DNA of 64,000 nucleotides from Octopus sinensis (lineage: Eukaryota), in NCBI RefSeq assembly GCF_006345805.1, contig NC_043007.1, positions 68,138,001 through 68,202,000 on the forward strand, written 5' to 3'. Positions within the stretch are counted from its first letter, which is position 1; each line of letters begins with the position of its first letter. The translations under genes and the position numbers were made by a program. Positions 63,245-64,000 of the stretch are shown here, one piece after another. The notes beneath the pieces were generated by a model that was given only the letters and a program-made list of their open reading frames with translations, had not been told where the DNA came from and did no database searches.

Positions 63245-64000
63245 CATATACATATATATTATTTCAGTCATTTGACTGCGGCCATGCTTGGGTACCGCCT
63301 TTAGTCGAACTAATCGAACCTAGGCCTTATTTTTTGTAAGTTTAGCACTTATTCTTTTGGTCTTTTGGCCGAACCACTAGGTTACAGGGATGTAAGCACA
63401 CCACCATCAGTTGTCAAGCGATGATGGGCGGTAGGACAAACACAGACACACAAATACACGCACACACACACACACACACATACACACATATACATATACA
63501 TTTATATATATTGGACTTTTTTCAGTTTCCGTCTACCAAATTCACTCACAAGGTTTTAGTAGAAGACATTTGCCCAAGGTGCCACGCAGTAGGAACTGAA
63601 CCCGAAACTACATGGTTGGGAAATAAGATTCTTACCACACAGCCACTCTTGTGCCTATATATATATATATATATATTCTTTTATTATTATATTTGTTCCA
63701 GTCATTTGGCTGTGGCCATGCTAGAGCACCGTATTTTGGCCGAAAAAATCGACCTCAGAACTTGTTCTTTGTAAGCCTAGTACTTATCCTATCGGTCCCT
63801 TTTGCCGAACCGCTAGCTTACGGGGACGTACATACACCAGCATCGGTTGTCAAGCGATTGTGGGGGACAAACACAGACACACAGGCACCCCCCACCACAC
63901 ACATAAATACGACGGGCTTCTACCAAATCCACTCACAAGGCTTTAGTCGTCCCGAGGCTATAGTAGAAGACACTCGCCCAAGGCTCTACGCAGTGGGACT

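Overview
AT-rich, microsatellite- and SINE-dense animal DNA. The SINE and MITE sequences resemble those I recall from Octopus, which is an inference and not verified. There is one 100-N gap and no confidently identifiable host protein-coding gene; almost all track ORFs are microsatellite or SINE artefacts. The main feature is a cluster of intron-containing elongator tRNA-Met(CAT) genes. Nine copies have identical 73-nt exons and downstream T-runs, one is near-intact, and eight are relics (seven within the first 20 kb, one at 58.4 kb). The 21-22 nt introns sit at the canonical 37/38 position, fall into about six sequence classes, and keep a GAG that can pair with anticodon-loop C32-U33-C34. Part of the cluster forms a ~3 kb palindrome and duplicated cassettes, and intron/flank mosaics suggest gene conversion. 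The rest is mobile DNA: a near-complete IR-DR Tc1 (DD34E, one premature stop), mariner/pogo/hAT/Helitron remnants, RTE and CR1/L2-type LINE fragments, a Penelope-like GIY-YIG fragment whose tail carries a minimal hammerhead ribozyme with a non-canonical core, several fold-back elements, a 740-bp tandem repeat and a ~1.2 kb tandem duplication.
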